In this document: positions 18,205 to 28,090 of the stretch, piece after piece | How the letters are laid out: every line of letters starts with the position of its first letter | Numbering within the stretch: position 1 is the stretch's first letter | Assembly: GCA_965219385.1 (NCBI GenBank) | Contig: CBDCNM010000002.1 | Coordinates: 1,170,936-1,234,935 of the forward strand | Reading direction: 5' to 3' | Length of the DNA: 64,000 nt | Origin: Candidatus Latescibacterota bacterium | GTDB taxonomy: Bacteria > Latescibacterota > UBA2968 > UBA8231 | Translations under genes and position numbers: made by a program | Notes under the pieces: generated by a model | Seen by the model: only the letters and a program-made list of their open reading frames with translations | What the model was told of the DNA's origin: nothing | Databases searched by the model: none

Positions 18205-20010
18205 TTAATTATCCTCCAGAGGTTTTTTTGCTTCAATTAGTCGATTAATGGCATCTCGTAACTGCGCTTTGCGCTGCTCCAATTCATGTCGGTCTTCTTC
18301 GATCTCCTGGCGGCTCTGGTTGATGTCGGCCTGAATATGCTCGATCTCGCCCTGCACTTGTTCCCTTAGTTGGGAGAACATTTTCTGAGTCATCTTGTCG
18401 TAGTCCTCAGTGATCTTCGCTCGGAGCTCTGACGCGATCTTGGGGGCGATGACATTTTCAATTTGTGCCCTTAGCTGCTGCAACTGCTCCTGTTTCCTCT
18501 GTTCCTGGATATTTTTCGAGACCCAGTCGGCTATGTAAGGAAATAAGATAATCACGACCTCCAACCATGGTGCCACCACGGAGGTCGAGGCGGCTAGAAC
18601 GCCGCTGATCGCTAGGTAGGTGTTCTTCGTCCTTCCGCGGGAAAGGTTATTCGCAGCATCTTCAAACGTCTTCGCAATCTTGGGTGCCATGTCGTTCCAC
18701 TTGCGGGCCATGTCCTCGATATCCTCGGAACTCAAGAATCCACCGCTGTCAGCGAATTGCTCATACTGTGCGCCGATTTCGTCGATGTCGGGCTGATAAC
18801 GTTCGACGATCTCCCGAAGCGTCGCGGACCGCTCCTCGTCAACGAGGTTATTCAGGGTCTGACGCACAAGTTCATTGATTTCCTGATTGAAGGCCTGTTG
18901 GCCTCCAGCTTGAAAGGTTTGAACGAGTGATGGCGCATTGTCGCGGATGGCGCTCCGAACACCTCGCAATATCCGATCTACCGCGCGTTGGGAATAACGT
19001 TCTCGGATCTCCCGCTCGTCTTGGCGAAGTTTTTCCTCCAGCGCTTGCTTTTTGTCCTCTAGTTGGTCAATCACTTTATCGTTTTCGGCGGAGGAGACGT
19101 TCAGCGCGGTGTAGCGGGTGTGTAGGCTCTGTATCGCCTCATCGAATAGGACAACAATTTTGCGTCGCCAGAAGCCGCGCAAGGCGTGGTCGAAGTCGAT
19201 GGACTCTAGAATCTGTCGAAACGCCGCCATGTCTTGCTCGTGCGCCGAGACCGACCGCACGACTGCGGACTTCCCGAACGCGCTGTTCACCTGTTCAGCG
19301 ATATAGTCAACGACTGCATGGGCGTCCGCCTTCTTCTTGTCGATCTTGTTGATCAACACGGCAAACTCTATTTCCTGACTGAGAAACTCGCGTAGTTGGC
19401 GAATTTCGCTCTCGCGGAGGGCCCCGTGCTCGGCGTCGACTACCAGAATGAAATAGCTGCCGAGCGGCAGATAGCGTTGAATGGCGGCGTTGTGAGTCAT
19501 CAGACCGGAGTCCAGCCCAGGCATATCGACAAGTACTTTCCGCTCATTATTGGTGAGAGCTGAGGCGTGGAGCATCGCTTTCGCGTACCGTGCGCTCGAC
19601 TTCTCCTCGCTCAGCGTTTCTTTTTCGAAGCGCTGAAAACTTGCGATGTCGATTCGTTCCAGAAACCGGTCATTTTCTCCGTAGATCTCGATTCGCTCCT
19701 CTTCAGCGGAAGAAGCGGAGTGAATCTCGGTAGCCAAGGCCGTCTGCGGCACAATGTCGGTGGGCAGCTTCTTGCTCTCCTCGCGTTCGAGGTATACGTT
19801 TACCAACGAGGTCTTGCCCGCGTTGAATGATCCCACGAGTGGAATCAACACCGTGAACTGCGCGATGCTGCTGCGGAATTCTTCCGCACGTCCACTTTCC
19901 GACTCATTGAGATTGATCTCCTTTGCAATCTCTCTGAATTGGTCCAGAGCGGTCAGATACTCGTCTTGAGTAGTACTCATAGTCGGCCTCCATCCATTTT
20001 GGCTCGTCAT
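18205..20010 (-). CDS. Dynamin-like large GTPase 3 (with a predicted hydrophobic paddle)
   Basis: 601 aa. G1 GSFNAGKTSLVNVYL, G3 DMPG, G4 NKID. A hydrophobic hairpin (YLAISGVLAASTSVVAPWLEVVIILFPYIADWV) lies near the C-terminal third. Its stop (TAA at 18205-18207) abuts the next gene's start at 18202. It is the first gene of the operon, with the RBS ggaggccgactATG. Confidence 0.85.
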   Translation of the reverse strand: MTSQNGWRPTMSTTQDEYLTALDQFREIAKEINLNESESGRAEEFRSSIAQFTVLIPLVGSFNAGKTSLVNVYLEREESKKLPTDIVPQTALATEIHSASSAEEERIEIYGENDRFLERIDIASFQRFEKETLSEEKSSARYAKAMLHASALTNNERKVLVDMPGLDSGLMTHNAAIQRYLPLGSYFILVVDAEHGALRESEIRQLREFLSQEIEFAVLINKIDKKKADAHAVVDYIAEQVNSAFGKSAVVRSVSAHEQDMAAFRQILESIDFDHALRGFWRRKIVVLFDEAIQSLHTRYTALNVSSAENDKVIDQLEDKKQALEEKLRQDEREIRERYSQRAVDRILRGVRSAIRDNAPSLVQTFQAGGQQAFNQEINELVRQTLNNLVDEERSATLREIVERYQPDIDEIGAQYEQFADSGGFLSSEDIEDMARKWNDMAPKIAKTFEDAANNLSRGRTKNTYLAISGVLAASTSVVAPWLEVVIILFPYIADWVSKNIQEQRKQEQLQQLRAQIENVIAPKIASELRAKITEDYDKMTQKMFSQLREQVQGEIEHIQADINQSRQEIEEDRHELEQRKAQLRDAINRLIEAKKPLEDN

Positions 20011-20533
20011 AGGGTGTAAGGTTGTGTGTTGCTAATATGCAAAATTCGTGCCACTTTCTCGCAATTAGGCCCAAATTATTGTAGATAAAGGAGTTAGAAT
20101 ACCATTCGGCAACGACTGGTTTTCTCTCGAAGTGTTGCAAAATGACTCTGTCGCAAGCCGCCGGGCGCCGCTTTTGCGTTTTTGACGAGGGCTATAAATG
20201 GATGTCTACGAAGGAGTTATGAAAAAAATCTGAGGGCAGGACTGAGGCCGTGTAGCAATTTGAAACGAAAGGCGCATTTTGCGACACAAGTTCTCCCGCC
20301 GTTGCCTGGGGGGCGACCGAGGAAAGCGGCAGCGTCACGCGCATGGTCGTCCCCTTTCCGGTGCCCTCGCTCAAGGGCTGAATGCGCCCCTGGTAACGGG
20401 AGGGTTGGAAGCAGCGCGGTCACAATCCGCGCGTGGTTCAGCCCCGCCTCCAGGCTCACTTCCATCCGGTCGAGGGCTGCGCGCACGTGGCGCACGCAGT
20501 TTTCGCAGCTCATGCCATCAATGGCTACCTCGA

Positions 20534-21361
20534 TCAAAACCTGATCCCCTTGAATTTCTTCATGTGCTCGGTGATGGCCACCTCGACCGGCAGCCGCTCC
20601 ATGCTCGAAGCCCCGTAAAACCCGTTGACCCCACGGGTATTCCGCAGCACGTACTCGGCGTCCTCGGGCTCGGAAATCGGCCCGCCGTGGCACAGCACGA
20701 TCACCTCCGGATTCACCCCCCGGGACGCATCGCAGATGGCCTGCACATGGGCGGGCGCCTCCTCCAGGGTCATGGCCGTGGCAGCGCCGATGGCGCCCTT
20801 GGTGGTGAGCCCCATATGCGCCACCACGATATCGGCGCCGGCATTCGTCATCTGCTCCCCTTCTTCCGGGGTGAAGGCATAGGGCGTGGTCAGCAGATCC
20901 ATCTGGTGCGCCGTGCGGATCATCTCCACCTCCAGCCCATAGCCCATGCCGGTCTCCTCCAAGTTCTGGCGGATCAAGCCGTCGAACAGGCCCACGGTGG
21001 GAAAGTTCTGCACCCCGGAAAAGCCGATGGCCTCGACCTCCTTCAGGAAGATCTCCATCTGGCGGAACGGGTCCGTGCCGCAGACCCCGGCCAGCACCGG
21101 GGTGTCCTCGACGATGGTCAACACCTCGCCGGCCATGTCCATGACAATGGCATTGGCATCCCCGTAGGGCATCACCCCGGCCAGGGAGCCCCGCCCGGCC
21201 ATGCGGAAGCGCCCGGAGTTGTAGATGACGATCAAATCCACCCCGCCGACCTCCTCGAACTTGGCGCTGATGCCGGTGCCGGCGCCGGCGCCGATGATGG
21301 GGATATTGGCCTCGATATGCTGGCGCAGGCGCGCCATTACTTCCGCTCTTTTAAGTCCCAT
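20534..21361 (-). CDS. TIM-barrel (phosphoenolpyruvate hydrolase-like) protein, partner of UPF0261 (Tm-1-like C-terminal module)
   Basis: 275 aa. It is adjacent to and co-oriented with the UPF0261 gene. This split arrangement of the plant Tm-1-like fusion is common in bacteria. Confidence 0.7.
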   Translation of the reverse strand: MGLKRAEVMARLRQHIEANIPIIGAGAGTGISAKFEEVGGVDLIVIYNSGRFRMAGRGSLAGVMPYGDANAIVMDMAGEVLTIVEDTPVLAGVCGTDPFRQMEIFLKEVEAIGFSGVQNFPTVGLFDGLIRQNLEETGMGYGLEVEMIRTAHQMDLLTTPYAFTPEEGEQMTNAGADIVVAHMGLTTKGAIGAATAMTLEEAPAHVQAICDASRGVNPEVIVLCHGGPISEPEDAEYVLRNTRGVNGFYGASSMERLPVEVAITEHMKKFKGIRF

Positions 21362-21368
21362 GTAGCCC

Positions 21369-22595
21369 TCACTTTTTCTGGGCGATCAACTCCAGCATGA
21401 GTTCCACCGCCCGGGCGGAAAATTCCGGATCGTTGATGTTGTGGTCCGACTCGTGCACCGCTATGCCCTCGGCGAGGTTTTCCCGGATGGCCTGGAACAT
21501 GGCCTGGTCGGCCTGGCGGTCGCGGAAGAGCTGGCCCTCGCCGTCCAGGATGGATACCCCCCTGAGCGGCAGGAGAAAGGCCACCGGCCCGCGGGCGGCA
21601 TTGGCCTTTGCGGCGAAGATCCGCCCCATTTCCTGGTTTTCCTCGATGTTGGTGCGCATCAGGGTCACCGAAGGATTCCACTCGTAAAACAGCCGGTCGG
21701 CCTCCCGGTACTTTTGGGGTATGGTGTCCGGGCCGCCGAAGTTGACCATGTCCACGCACCCGGGCACGATCAGGTGCGGCAGGCCCATCGCACCCGCCGC
21801 ACTGAGGCGCTCGGGCCCGGCGTCGAAGGCCCCGCCGCAGAGGGTATCGGCCCACTCCGTGGTGGTGATGTCCAGGACCGCGTCCACCAGTCCTTCCCTG
21901 ACCAGGGACTCCATGGTGCGCCCCCCGGTGCCCGTGGCGTGAAAGACCAGCACCTCGTACCCCCTTTCGGAGAGGCTGGCCACACAGGCATCGACACACT
22001 CGGTGGTATTGCCGAACATCGAGGCCACGATCACTGGTTTGTCCTCGGCTGATGCCGGCGGTTCCTTTTCCACCATGCCGCAGATGGCCCCGGCCGCGCG
22101 CGCGAAGATGAGGCGCGAAACCCGGTTGATGCCGGCCACATCCACGATGGAGGGAATCAAGGTAATATCCTTGGTGCCCACATAGGGCCAGGTATCTCCC
22201 GAGGCCACGGTGGAGACGCAGACCTTGGGCAGCCCCACGGGCAGGGCCCGCATCCCGGCCGTGACCACGGTGCTGCCGCCCGACCCCCCCATGCCGACGA
22301 TGCCGTCGAATCGGCCTTCACCGTAGAGCCGCTGCACCACCACGGGCGCGCCCTTGCTCATGACCTTCATGGCCTCACCGCGGTCCTGCCCGGCGCGCAA
22401 CTCCTCCAGGTCGCCTCCGCCGGCGCGGGTGACTTCGTCTGCTTCGATATCCACCGGGAACAATTCGCTCGAGCCCAGGACCCCGGTGTTCAAGGTCAAA
22501 ACCGCGTGGCCGCGCTCCAGGATCTGCTCGCGCAGGAAAGCGTATTCCGGGCCCTTGGTGTCAAAGGCGCCGATCACCAGAATGGTCTTGCTCAT
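21369..22595 (-). CDS. UPF0261-family protein (Tm-1-like N-terminal module)
   Basis: The sequence [25 protein letters not shown]… is the typical N-terminus of UPF0261. The likely start is ATG 22595, preceded by aaggaggg. Confidence 0.75.
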   Translation of the reverse strand: MSKTILVIGAFDTKGPEYAFLREQILERGHAVLTLNTGVLGSSELFPVDIEADEVTRAGGGDLEELRAGQDRGEAMKVMSKGAPVVVQRLYGEGRFDGIVGMGGSGGSTVVTAGMRALPVGLPKVCVSTVASGDTWPYVGTKDITLIPSIVDVAGINRVSRLIFARAAGAICGMVEKEPPASAEDKPVIVASMFGNTTECVDACVASLSERGYEVLVFHATGTGGRTMESLVREGLVDAVLDITTTEWADTLCGGAFDAGPERLSAAGAMGLPHLIVPGCVDMVNFGGPDTIPQKYREADRLFYEWNPSVTLMRTNIEENQEMGRIFAAKANAARGPVAFLLPLRGVSILDGEGQLFRDRQADQAMFQAIRENLAEGIAVHESDHNINDPEFSARAVELMLELIAQKK

Positions 22596-22708
22596 ACTAC
22601 CCTCCTTTGGTTGGTCCGGACAGGGAAAGATAAAAAAGGCTACCTGCACCAAAACCCTCTACTGAGCCTTCATTCAGGGTCCGACAGATGAACAAGCCAT
22701 CGCTTCAA

Positions 22709-24970
22709 TCAATTTACCCGAAATCCCTTCAACCGCAAAGCATTGCCGATCACCGACACCGAGCTGAAGGCCATGGCCACACTGGCCACCATGGGACTCA
22801 ACAATGGACCGCCCCAAACGTAGAACACCCCCGCGGCCAGAGGAATCCCGGCCGCGTTGTAGAAGAAGGCCCAGAACAGATTCTGGCGGATGGTGCGCAT
22901 CACCGCGCGGCTCAGTTCGAGCGCCCGGGACACATCCTCCAGACGGTTGTGCATCAGCACCAGGTCCGCCGATTCCACCGCCACATCCGTCCCCGCGGCA
23001 ATGGCGATCCCCACCTGGGCCCGGGCCAGGGCCGGCGCGTCGTTGATCCCGTCTCCGACCATGCCCACCCGCCGCCCTTCCTCCTGCAGACGGTGCACCA
23101 CCGCGGCCTTGTCCTGGGGCAGGACCTCGGCCACCACCCGCTCGATCCCCACCTGGCGCGCCACGGCCTCCGCGGTCCGGCGGTTGTCCCCGGTGAGCAT
23201 GACCACCTCCAGGCCCCTCTCTCTCAGGCGCGCAATATCCGCGGCACTGGACGCCCGCGCCCTATCGGCCACCCCGATCAGCCCGGCCACCCGACCCTCC
23301 ACCGCGACCCAGATCAGGGTCTTGCCCGCCCCGGCCAGCTCCTCTGCCCGCCCCTCCTGTTCCCAGACCCCCGTGGCGCCTACCTCCTCCATCAGGGCGC
23401 GATTGCCCACCACGATCCGCCTGCCATCCACTCGGGCCCGCGCCCCCCGCCCGGGCACGGCCGCAAAGTCCTGCACCGCCAGCAACTCCAGCCCCCGGAC
23501 CCCAGCACACTCCACCACCGCCGCTCCGAGGGGATGTTCGGAGCCCTGCTCCAGAGAGGCGGCCCAGCGCAGCCACTCGTCCTCTGGCCGGCCGTCCACC
23601 CCGATCAGATCGGTCACCACCGGCCGCCCCTCGGTGATGGTGCCGGTCTTGTCCAGCACCACGGTGTCGAGCCGCTGACTCTCCTCCAGGGCCTCGGGAC
23701 TCTTCACCAGGATGCCCATCTGCGCCCCCTGCCCCGTGCCCACCATGATGGCCGCCGGCGTGGCCAGCCCCAGGCTGCACGGGCAGGCGATGATCAGCAC
23801 CGCCACGAAGATCTCGAGGGCAAAGGCCGGTTCTGCCCCCGCCAGCAGCCAGGCCGCCCCGGCCCCCAGCCCGATCAGCAGCACCACCGGCACAAAGTAC
23901 CCGGAGATGGTATCGGCCAGCCGCGCGATCGGGGCCCTGCCCCGCTGGGCATCCTCCACCAGCCGGATGATCTGGGCCAGCGCCGCGTCCCGGCCCACCC
24001 GGCCCACCCGCAACTCCAGCAACCCGTGCGCATTCACACTCCCGCCGATCACCCCATCCCCCGGCCCTTTGGCCACGGGCAAAGACTCGCCCGTGAGCAT
24101 GGACTCGTCCACCGCCGATTGCCCCTCCACCACCTGGCCGTCCGCCGGTATCCTTTCCCCCGGATGCACCCGCAGCACATCTCCCACCTCGATCTGTTCG
24201 ACCGGGATGCTCCGCTCCACGCCATCCGCCAGGAGCGTGGCGGTCCGGGGCTGCAGGTCCATCAAGGCCTGCATGGATTCGCCCGCCCGGCTTTTGCACA
24301 GGGCTTCGAGGTAGCGTCCCAGAAGCATCAGGGTAAGGATGGTGGAGACCGCCGGGAAATAAGAAAAAAAAGAATCCGTCCGGCCCGGCTCCACGCTCAG
24401 CAATCCCTGAAGACTGAAAGTAAAAGCCGTCCCGGTCCCGATGGAAATCAGCGAGAACATATTGGGAGCCCCCCGCACCAGGGAGCGCAAGCCGTCCACG
24501 TAGACCCGCCGGCCGATCCACATCACCGGCACCACCAGCACCAGGTGCAGCAGCCCCACTTTCAGGGGATGGTGTGCAAACACAAGCGCCTCGGGTAGCG
24601 GCAACCCGACCATGCTCCCCATCTCGATGACGAACAGCGGCAGGAAAAACCCCAGCGCTGCCACCAGCTGCTTTTTCTGCGCCTCGATTTCCCGGAGTTT
24701 GCGCGCCCGTTGTTCGGCCAGCGGATCTTCGGACTCCACGACCTGATAGCCCGCATCCACGACCGCCTGGCGGAGATCCCGCCGGCGCACCTGTCCCGGA
24801 TCGAACTCGACCAGGGCTTCTTCGGTGGCCAGATTGACCGCGGCCCTGTCGACCCCCTCCAGCTCCTGGAGCCGGTGCTCGACGCGGCGGGCGCACGCCG
24901 CGCAACTCATCCCGCCCACCCCCAGGGTGGTGCTGCGAAGCCCGCCCCCTTCTTTTTTAGAGACTTCCAT
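22709..24970 (-). CDS. copA: Copper-translocating P-type ATPase (P1B-type)
   Basis: N-terminal HMA motif [12 protein letters not shown]. Transmembrane CPC motif [18 protein letters not shown] phosphorylation motif. [10 protein letters not shown] hinge. The likely start is ATG 24970 ([10 protein letters not shown]), preceded by aaggaag. Confidence 0.9.
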   Translation of the reverse strand: MEVSKKEGGGLRSTTLGVGGMSCAACARRVEHRLQELEGVDRAAVNLATEEALVEFDPGQVRRRDLRQAVVDAGYQVVESEDPLAEQRARKLREIEAQKKQLVAALGFFLPLFVIEMGSMVGLPLPEALVFAHHPLKVGLLHLVLVVPVMWIGRRVYVDGLRSLVRGAPNMFSLISIGTGTAFTFSLQGLLSVEPGRTDSFFSYFPAVSTILTLMLLGRYLEALCKSRAGESMQALMDLQPRTATLLADGVERSIPVEQIEVGDVLRVHPGERIPADGQVVEGQSAVDESMLTGESLPVAKGPGDGVIGGSVNAHGLLELRVGRVGRDAALAQIIRLVEDAQRGRAPIARLADTISGYFVPVVLLIGLGAGAAWLLAGAEPAFALEIFVAVLIIACPCSLGLATPAAIMVGTGQGAQMGILVKSPEALEESQRLDTVVLDKTGTITEGRPVVTDLIGVDGRPEDEWLRWAASLEQGSEHPLGAAVVECAGVRGLELLAVQDFAAVPGRGARARVDGRRIVVGNRALMEEVGATGVWEQEGRAEELAGAGKTLIWVAVEGRVAGLIGVADRARASSAADIARLRERGLEVVMLTGDNRRTAEAVARQVGIERVVAEVLPQDKAAVVHRLQEEGRRVGMVGDGINDAPALARAQVGIAIAAGTDVAVESADLVLMHNRLEDVSRALELSRAVMRTIRQNLFWAFFYNAAGIPLAAGVFYVWGGPLLSPMVASVAMAFSSVSVIGNALRLKGFRVN

Positions 24971-25034
24971 GGCTTCCTTACCTGGCAAATTTCCGCCCCC
25001 CATAAAACGCCGCCGGCAACATCCCCTCCCGGCC

Positions 25035-25074
25035 TTGAGGGTCAAATAGGTACGGGTATTTCGTGAAGCACTGC
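25035..25074. promoter_or_regulatory. 40-bp conserved upstream motif (copy 1), about 65-105 bp upstream of the copA start
   Basis: cttgagggtcaaataggtacgggtatttcgtgaagcactg is 36/40 identical to 35707-35746, which sits at the same relative position upstream of the PAP2 gene. Confidence 0.45.
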
Positions 25075-25085
25075 TACTTGTTCTT

Positions 25086-25932
25086 TCACCCCAGTTGTCG
25101 CCGCCACCACAACAGCGCCACATTGACGGCGACCAAGCCCCAGATCAGCATCACTGCCCAGCGCCGCCGAATCCCTTTCTCGTAGTAGCCTGCAATAAGG
25201 GCCTCGGCCCCTTCCACTTGGCCGCGGAACTCATGCACCTTTTCTTCGACGAGCTCGAACTCAACCGCGTGGGTGATGGGATCCGCCTCCCTGAGAGCTG
25301 ATCTGGCCGCATCGATATAAGGTAAAGCACGCCGTAGCCCCGGGTCCAGTTGGGCCAGGCTGTCCAGTTCCGCGGCGACCCGATCCAAGTGCGTCCCGCT
25401 CGTCTCCAGCTCCCTCCGCATCCGGTCCCCCAGCTCCAGGGCAGCCGTGCCAAGCTGGTGACAGATGACACAAGTCTGCTCCATCAGCCCCAGGGTGGCG
25501 TCCACGACCCGGTGGTTGTGGTGGCAGGTGATACATGAGGGATTGTCCTGGTCCTGCCATTCCCCGTGCGGGCTCCGGGCGAAAAAGTCGGCCGGACCAC
25601 TGTGGCACCTGCCGCACACATCGGCGATATCTCCGCGCTCGGGCTTGCCGATAAAACCCGTGCCCGGGGCCTTGGCGATCTCGGCATCTTCTGCAAAAGG
25701 CAGACCTCCGTGGCAGTCGTTGCACAGCAGCAAACCGCGTTGATAGTGGATGCTTGCGGCGAAGTCGTCGCCCTCCTCGTAGTGGCACAGCGCACAGTAG
25801 ACCTCGTCCAGGTCCACCGGCTCCCGGGCTCCAGAGACCCCGGGCACCCAGAGCCAGAATGCAACGAACAGCAGGAAAGGCTCCCCTCGCCCTCCCGCAG
25901 CAAAACCCAGTGGGATTTTGATCACCGTACCT
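25086..25932 (-). CDS. Multihaem (pentahaem) c-type cytochrome with C-terminal membrane anchor
   Basis: Five CxxCH motifs (CALCH, CNDCH, CGRCH, CITCH, CVICH). Signal-peptide-like N-terminus. C-terminal TM helix ([19 protein letters not shown]). The likely start is GTG 25932, preceded by ggaggagg. The 662-aa ORF in the track is a read-through extension in the same frame. Confidence 0.75.
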
Positions 25933-27088
25933 CCTCCTGCGCTACCGCCTCCTCGACCAGGTGAGGCCGGCCCTGTATATCGAAGCGGTAGATCCTGCCC
26001 ATGAATTCCCGCGTGGTCTCCGAAAGATGGCCCAGCACACCCAGAACCAGGATGACGGCCACCACCAACCCTCCTCCGATCAGTACCCGCAGACGTTTCC
26101 GCGGATGGCGCTCCGGCGAAGTATCCAACAGCAAGGGCAGGAGGATCAGCAAGAGAAAAAAGAGGGGAGGCACCTGGACCCCGATGGTCTCGGGCACGTA
26201 CTTGAGGAACTGGTAAGCCGGCAGAAAGTACCACTCCGGTTTGATGCCCACCGGGGTGTTGAGGGGGTCGGCCGGTTCGCCCGTTTCCGGGGGCCACAAA
26301 ATGGCCAGACTCAAGAGCATGCCCAGGGTCAAGTACACGGCCGTAAAATCTTTGAGTGCGTGGTGCGGAAAGAAGGGCTTGCCGCCGGCGGCGGACAACT
26401 CCTCCCCCGTGGGTTCGGACTCGTCCGTCCGGCTCAGGGGCGAAATCCCCTGGTAGCGGACTAGAAAAAGGTGCAGCCCCCCCAGGCCCACCAGCAGCAA
26501 GGGCAAAAGGATAACGTGCAATACGTAGAAGCGCCCCAGGGTGGGATCCGCCACCTCGGAACCACCGATCATGAAGTCCCTGATACAGGGCCCCACAACG
26601 GGGATGAAAACCGGCGCCTCGGTAGCCACCACCGTCCCCCAGTAGGCCACCTGATCCCAGGGCAGCAGGTACCCGGTAAACCCGAAACCCAGGATGACCC
26701 CCAGGAGCATCACCCCCAGCACCCAGGTGGTTTCGCGCGGGCGTTTGTAGCCGCCGTACACAAAGACCCGGAGCAGGTGAAAACAGGCCAGCACCACGAT
26801 CAGGTGGGAACCCCACCCGTGCAGCGAACGCAAGAGCCAGCCCACCGGGACCTCGTGCACGATGCGCTGGATGCTCTGATAGGCTTCGCCGGCGCTGGGT
26901 TTGTAGTACACCATCAATAGCACGCCGGTGAATACCTGCACGCTCAGCAGGAAGATCAGAATCGCGCCCAGAGTAAACAGCCAGTTGGCGTGACGCGGGA
27001 TCGGCTTGCGCAAATTGTCCTGGAGCACTCGGACCGCTGAGTCCAAGTGCAAACGCTGATTGAACCACTGCCACAAGCCGCCGAACAT
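25922..27088 (-). CDS. Cytochrome b (fused b6/subunit-IV type) of a cytochrome bc complex
   Basis: The sequence MFGGLWQWFNQRLHLDSAVRVLQDNLRKPIPRHANWLFTLGAILIFLLSVQVFTGVLLMVYY… is a classic cytochrome b N-terminus. Multiple TM helices carry conserved His residues. The start is ATG 27088. Confidence 0.85.
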   Translation of the reverse strand: MFGGLWQWFNQRLHLDSAVRVLQDNLRKPIPRHANWLFTLGAILIFLLSVQVFTGVLLMVYYKPSAGEAYQSIQRIVHEVPVGWLLRSLHGWGSHLIVVLACFHLLRVFVYGGYKRPRETTWVLGVMLLGVILGFGFTGYLLPWDQVAYWGTVVATEAPVFIPVVGPCIRDFMIGGSEVADPTLGRFYVLHVILLPLLLVGLGGLHLFLVRYQGISPLSRTDESEPTGEELSAAGGKPFFPHHALKDFTAVYLTLGMLLSLAILWPPETGEPADPLNTPVGIKPEWYFLPAYQFLKYVPETIGVQVPPLFFLLLILLPLLLDTSPERHPRKRLRVLIGGGLVVAVILVLGVLGHLSETTREFMGRIYRFDIQGRPHLVEEAVAQEEVR

Positions 27089-27101
27089 GGGATGTCCTGC
27101 T

Positions 27102-27569
27102 CTAAATCGCCGGCGAGACCAGCTGTATGCCTTGGTCGCTGGCGGCCAACTCGACCTGCTCCAGAGAATCCCGGGCCGGGCCGCGCAGCACCTCGCCGCG
27201 GATATTGAAGCAGGCTCCGTGGCAGGGACACTCGACCTGCTGGGAGGCCCTGTTCCAGGCCACGGTACAGCCCAGATGGGTGCAGGTGGCCTGCAAACCG
27301 ACCAGCCTGTCGTCTTTGCGGATGACCAGGATCTTGCCCGCCCGGCTGCGCCCCACCACCCCCTGATCCTCGGCGATGGCATCCGGGTGGAGCACGCCCT
27401 CCCGGCCCACAATGAAACCCGAAGCGGTCGCAGCCCCTCGGGCCGGCAGCAGATAGGCCAGAGCCATGCCCGAGAAGCCGCTCAGGGTGCCGACAAATCC
27501 CAGGCCCAAAAGGAGGTTCACCAAGCGGCGGGAGACCGCCTCCCGCGGTTCGGAGCCTTGCTGTTCCAT
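27102..27569 (-). CDS. Rieske [2Fe-2S] iron-sulfur protein
   Basis: CTHLGC…CPCHG boxes. N-terminal TM anchor. It lies immediately upstream of cytochrome b. Confidence 0.85.
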   Translation of the reverse strand: MEQQGSEPREAVSRRLVNLLLGLGFVGTLSGFSGMALAYLLPARGAATASGFIVGREGVLHPDAIAEDQGVVGRSRAGKILVIRKDDRLVGLQATCTHLGCTVAWNRASQQVECPCHGACFNIRGEVLRGPARDSLEQVELAASDQGIQLVSPAI

Positions 27570-27754
27570 GGTATCAGGTACCTCGTTGTGGATGTTCCCT
27601 CAGAATCGGTTGGCATTGTACCTAAACTAACACCGACAACCCTTTTCTGTCCATGGTTCCAAACAACAGGATGATCAGGAGGTAGAGGACCCGCTGTTCG
27701 ACAAAGAGGAATCGGCCCAGGTCTATCCACCTGCGGACCGGCCGCATAGTCGAC

Positions 27755-27985
27755 TCAGGTGGTCTCAATTTCGAGCACCTCGGGAAGGCCTTCCACAAAG
27801 GACCGGATCTCGTCGCGTACCCGGCGGTAGTGACCGAGGACTTCGGCCTCGCTGCGGGCGTGTTGCGCCAGGTGGGGAGGATCGTCGAAGTCCCGGTGTA
27901 CAACCTGGGCCCGTCCGGGAAAAACCGGACAATTTTCGCCGGCGTGATTGCAGACCGTCACCATGTAGTCGAAGGGAATGTCCAT
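27755..27985 (-). pseudogene. arsC: Arsenate reductase (LMW-PTP/ArsC family) C-terminal fragment
   Basis: FDYMVTVCNHAGENCPVFPG…VHRDFDDP…YRRVRDEIRSFV matches the C-terminal half of thioredoxin-coupled ArsC. The N-terminal CX5R P-loop half is absent. Confidence 0.55.
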
Positions 27986-28090
27986 TGCAAATTTTATACC
28001 TGTTGGCGCCCCATTCTACAGAGGTATCGGAGTGCCCATATTATTCCCAATCGTTGACGGTGACCCCATCATAAGACTGTATATGGCCGC

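Noticed and set aside
20217-20693. 158-aa ORF 20217-20693(-) as a bona fide gene
   Set aside because: Its N-terminal two-thirds is an out-of-frame extension over the 3' end of the TIM-barrel gene. Only the short HMA-like stretch looks real. I report it as a degenerate motif and not as a CDS.
25086-27074. 662-aa single ORF spanning 25086-27074(-)
   Set aside because: Only its C-terminal about 280 aa (five CxxCH motifs plus a TM anchor) is genuine. The upstream part is an out-of-frame read-through over the cytochrome b gene. A GTG start with a ggaggagg RBS at 25932 gives a sensible signal-peptide-bearing cytochrome c.
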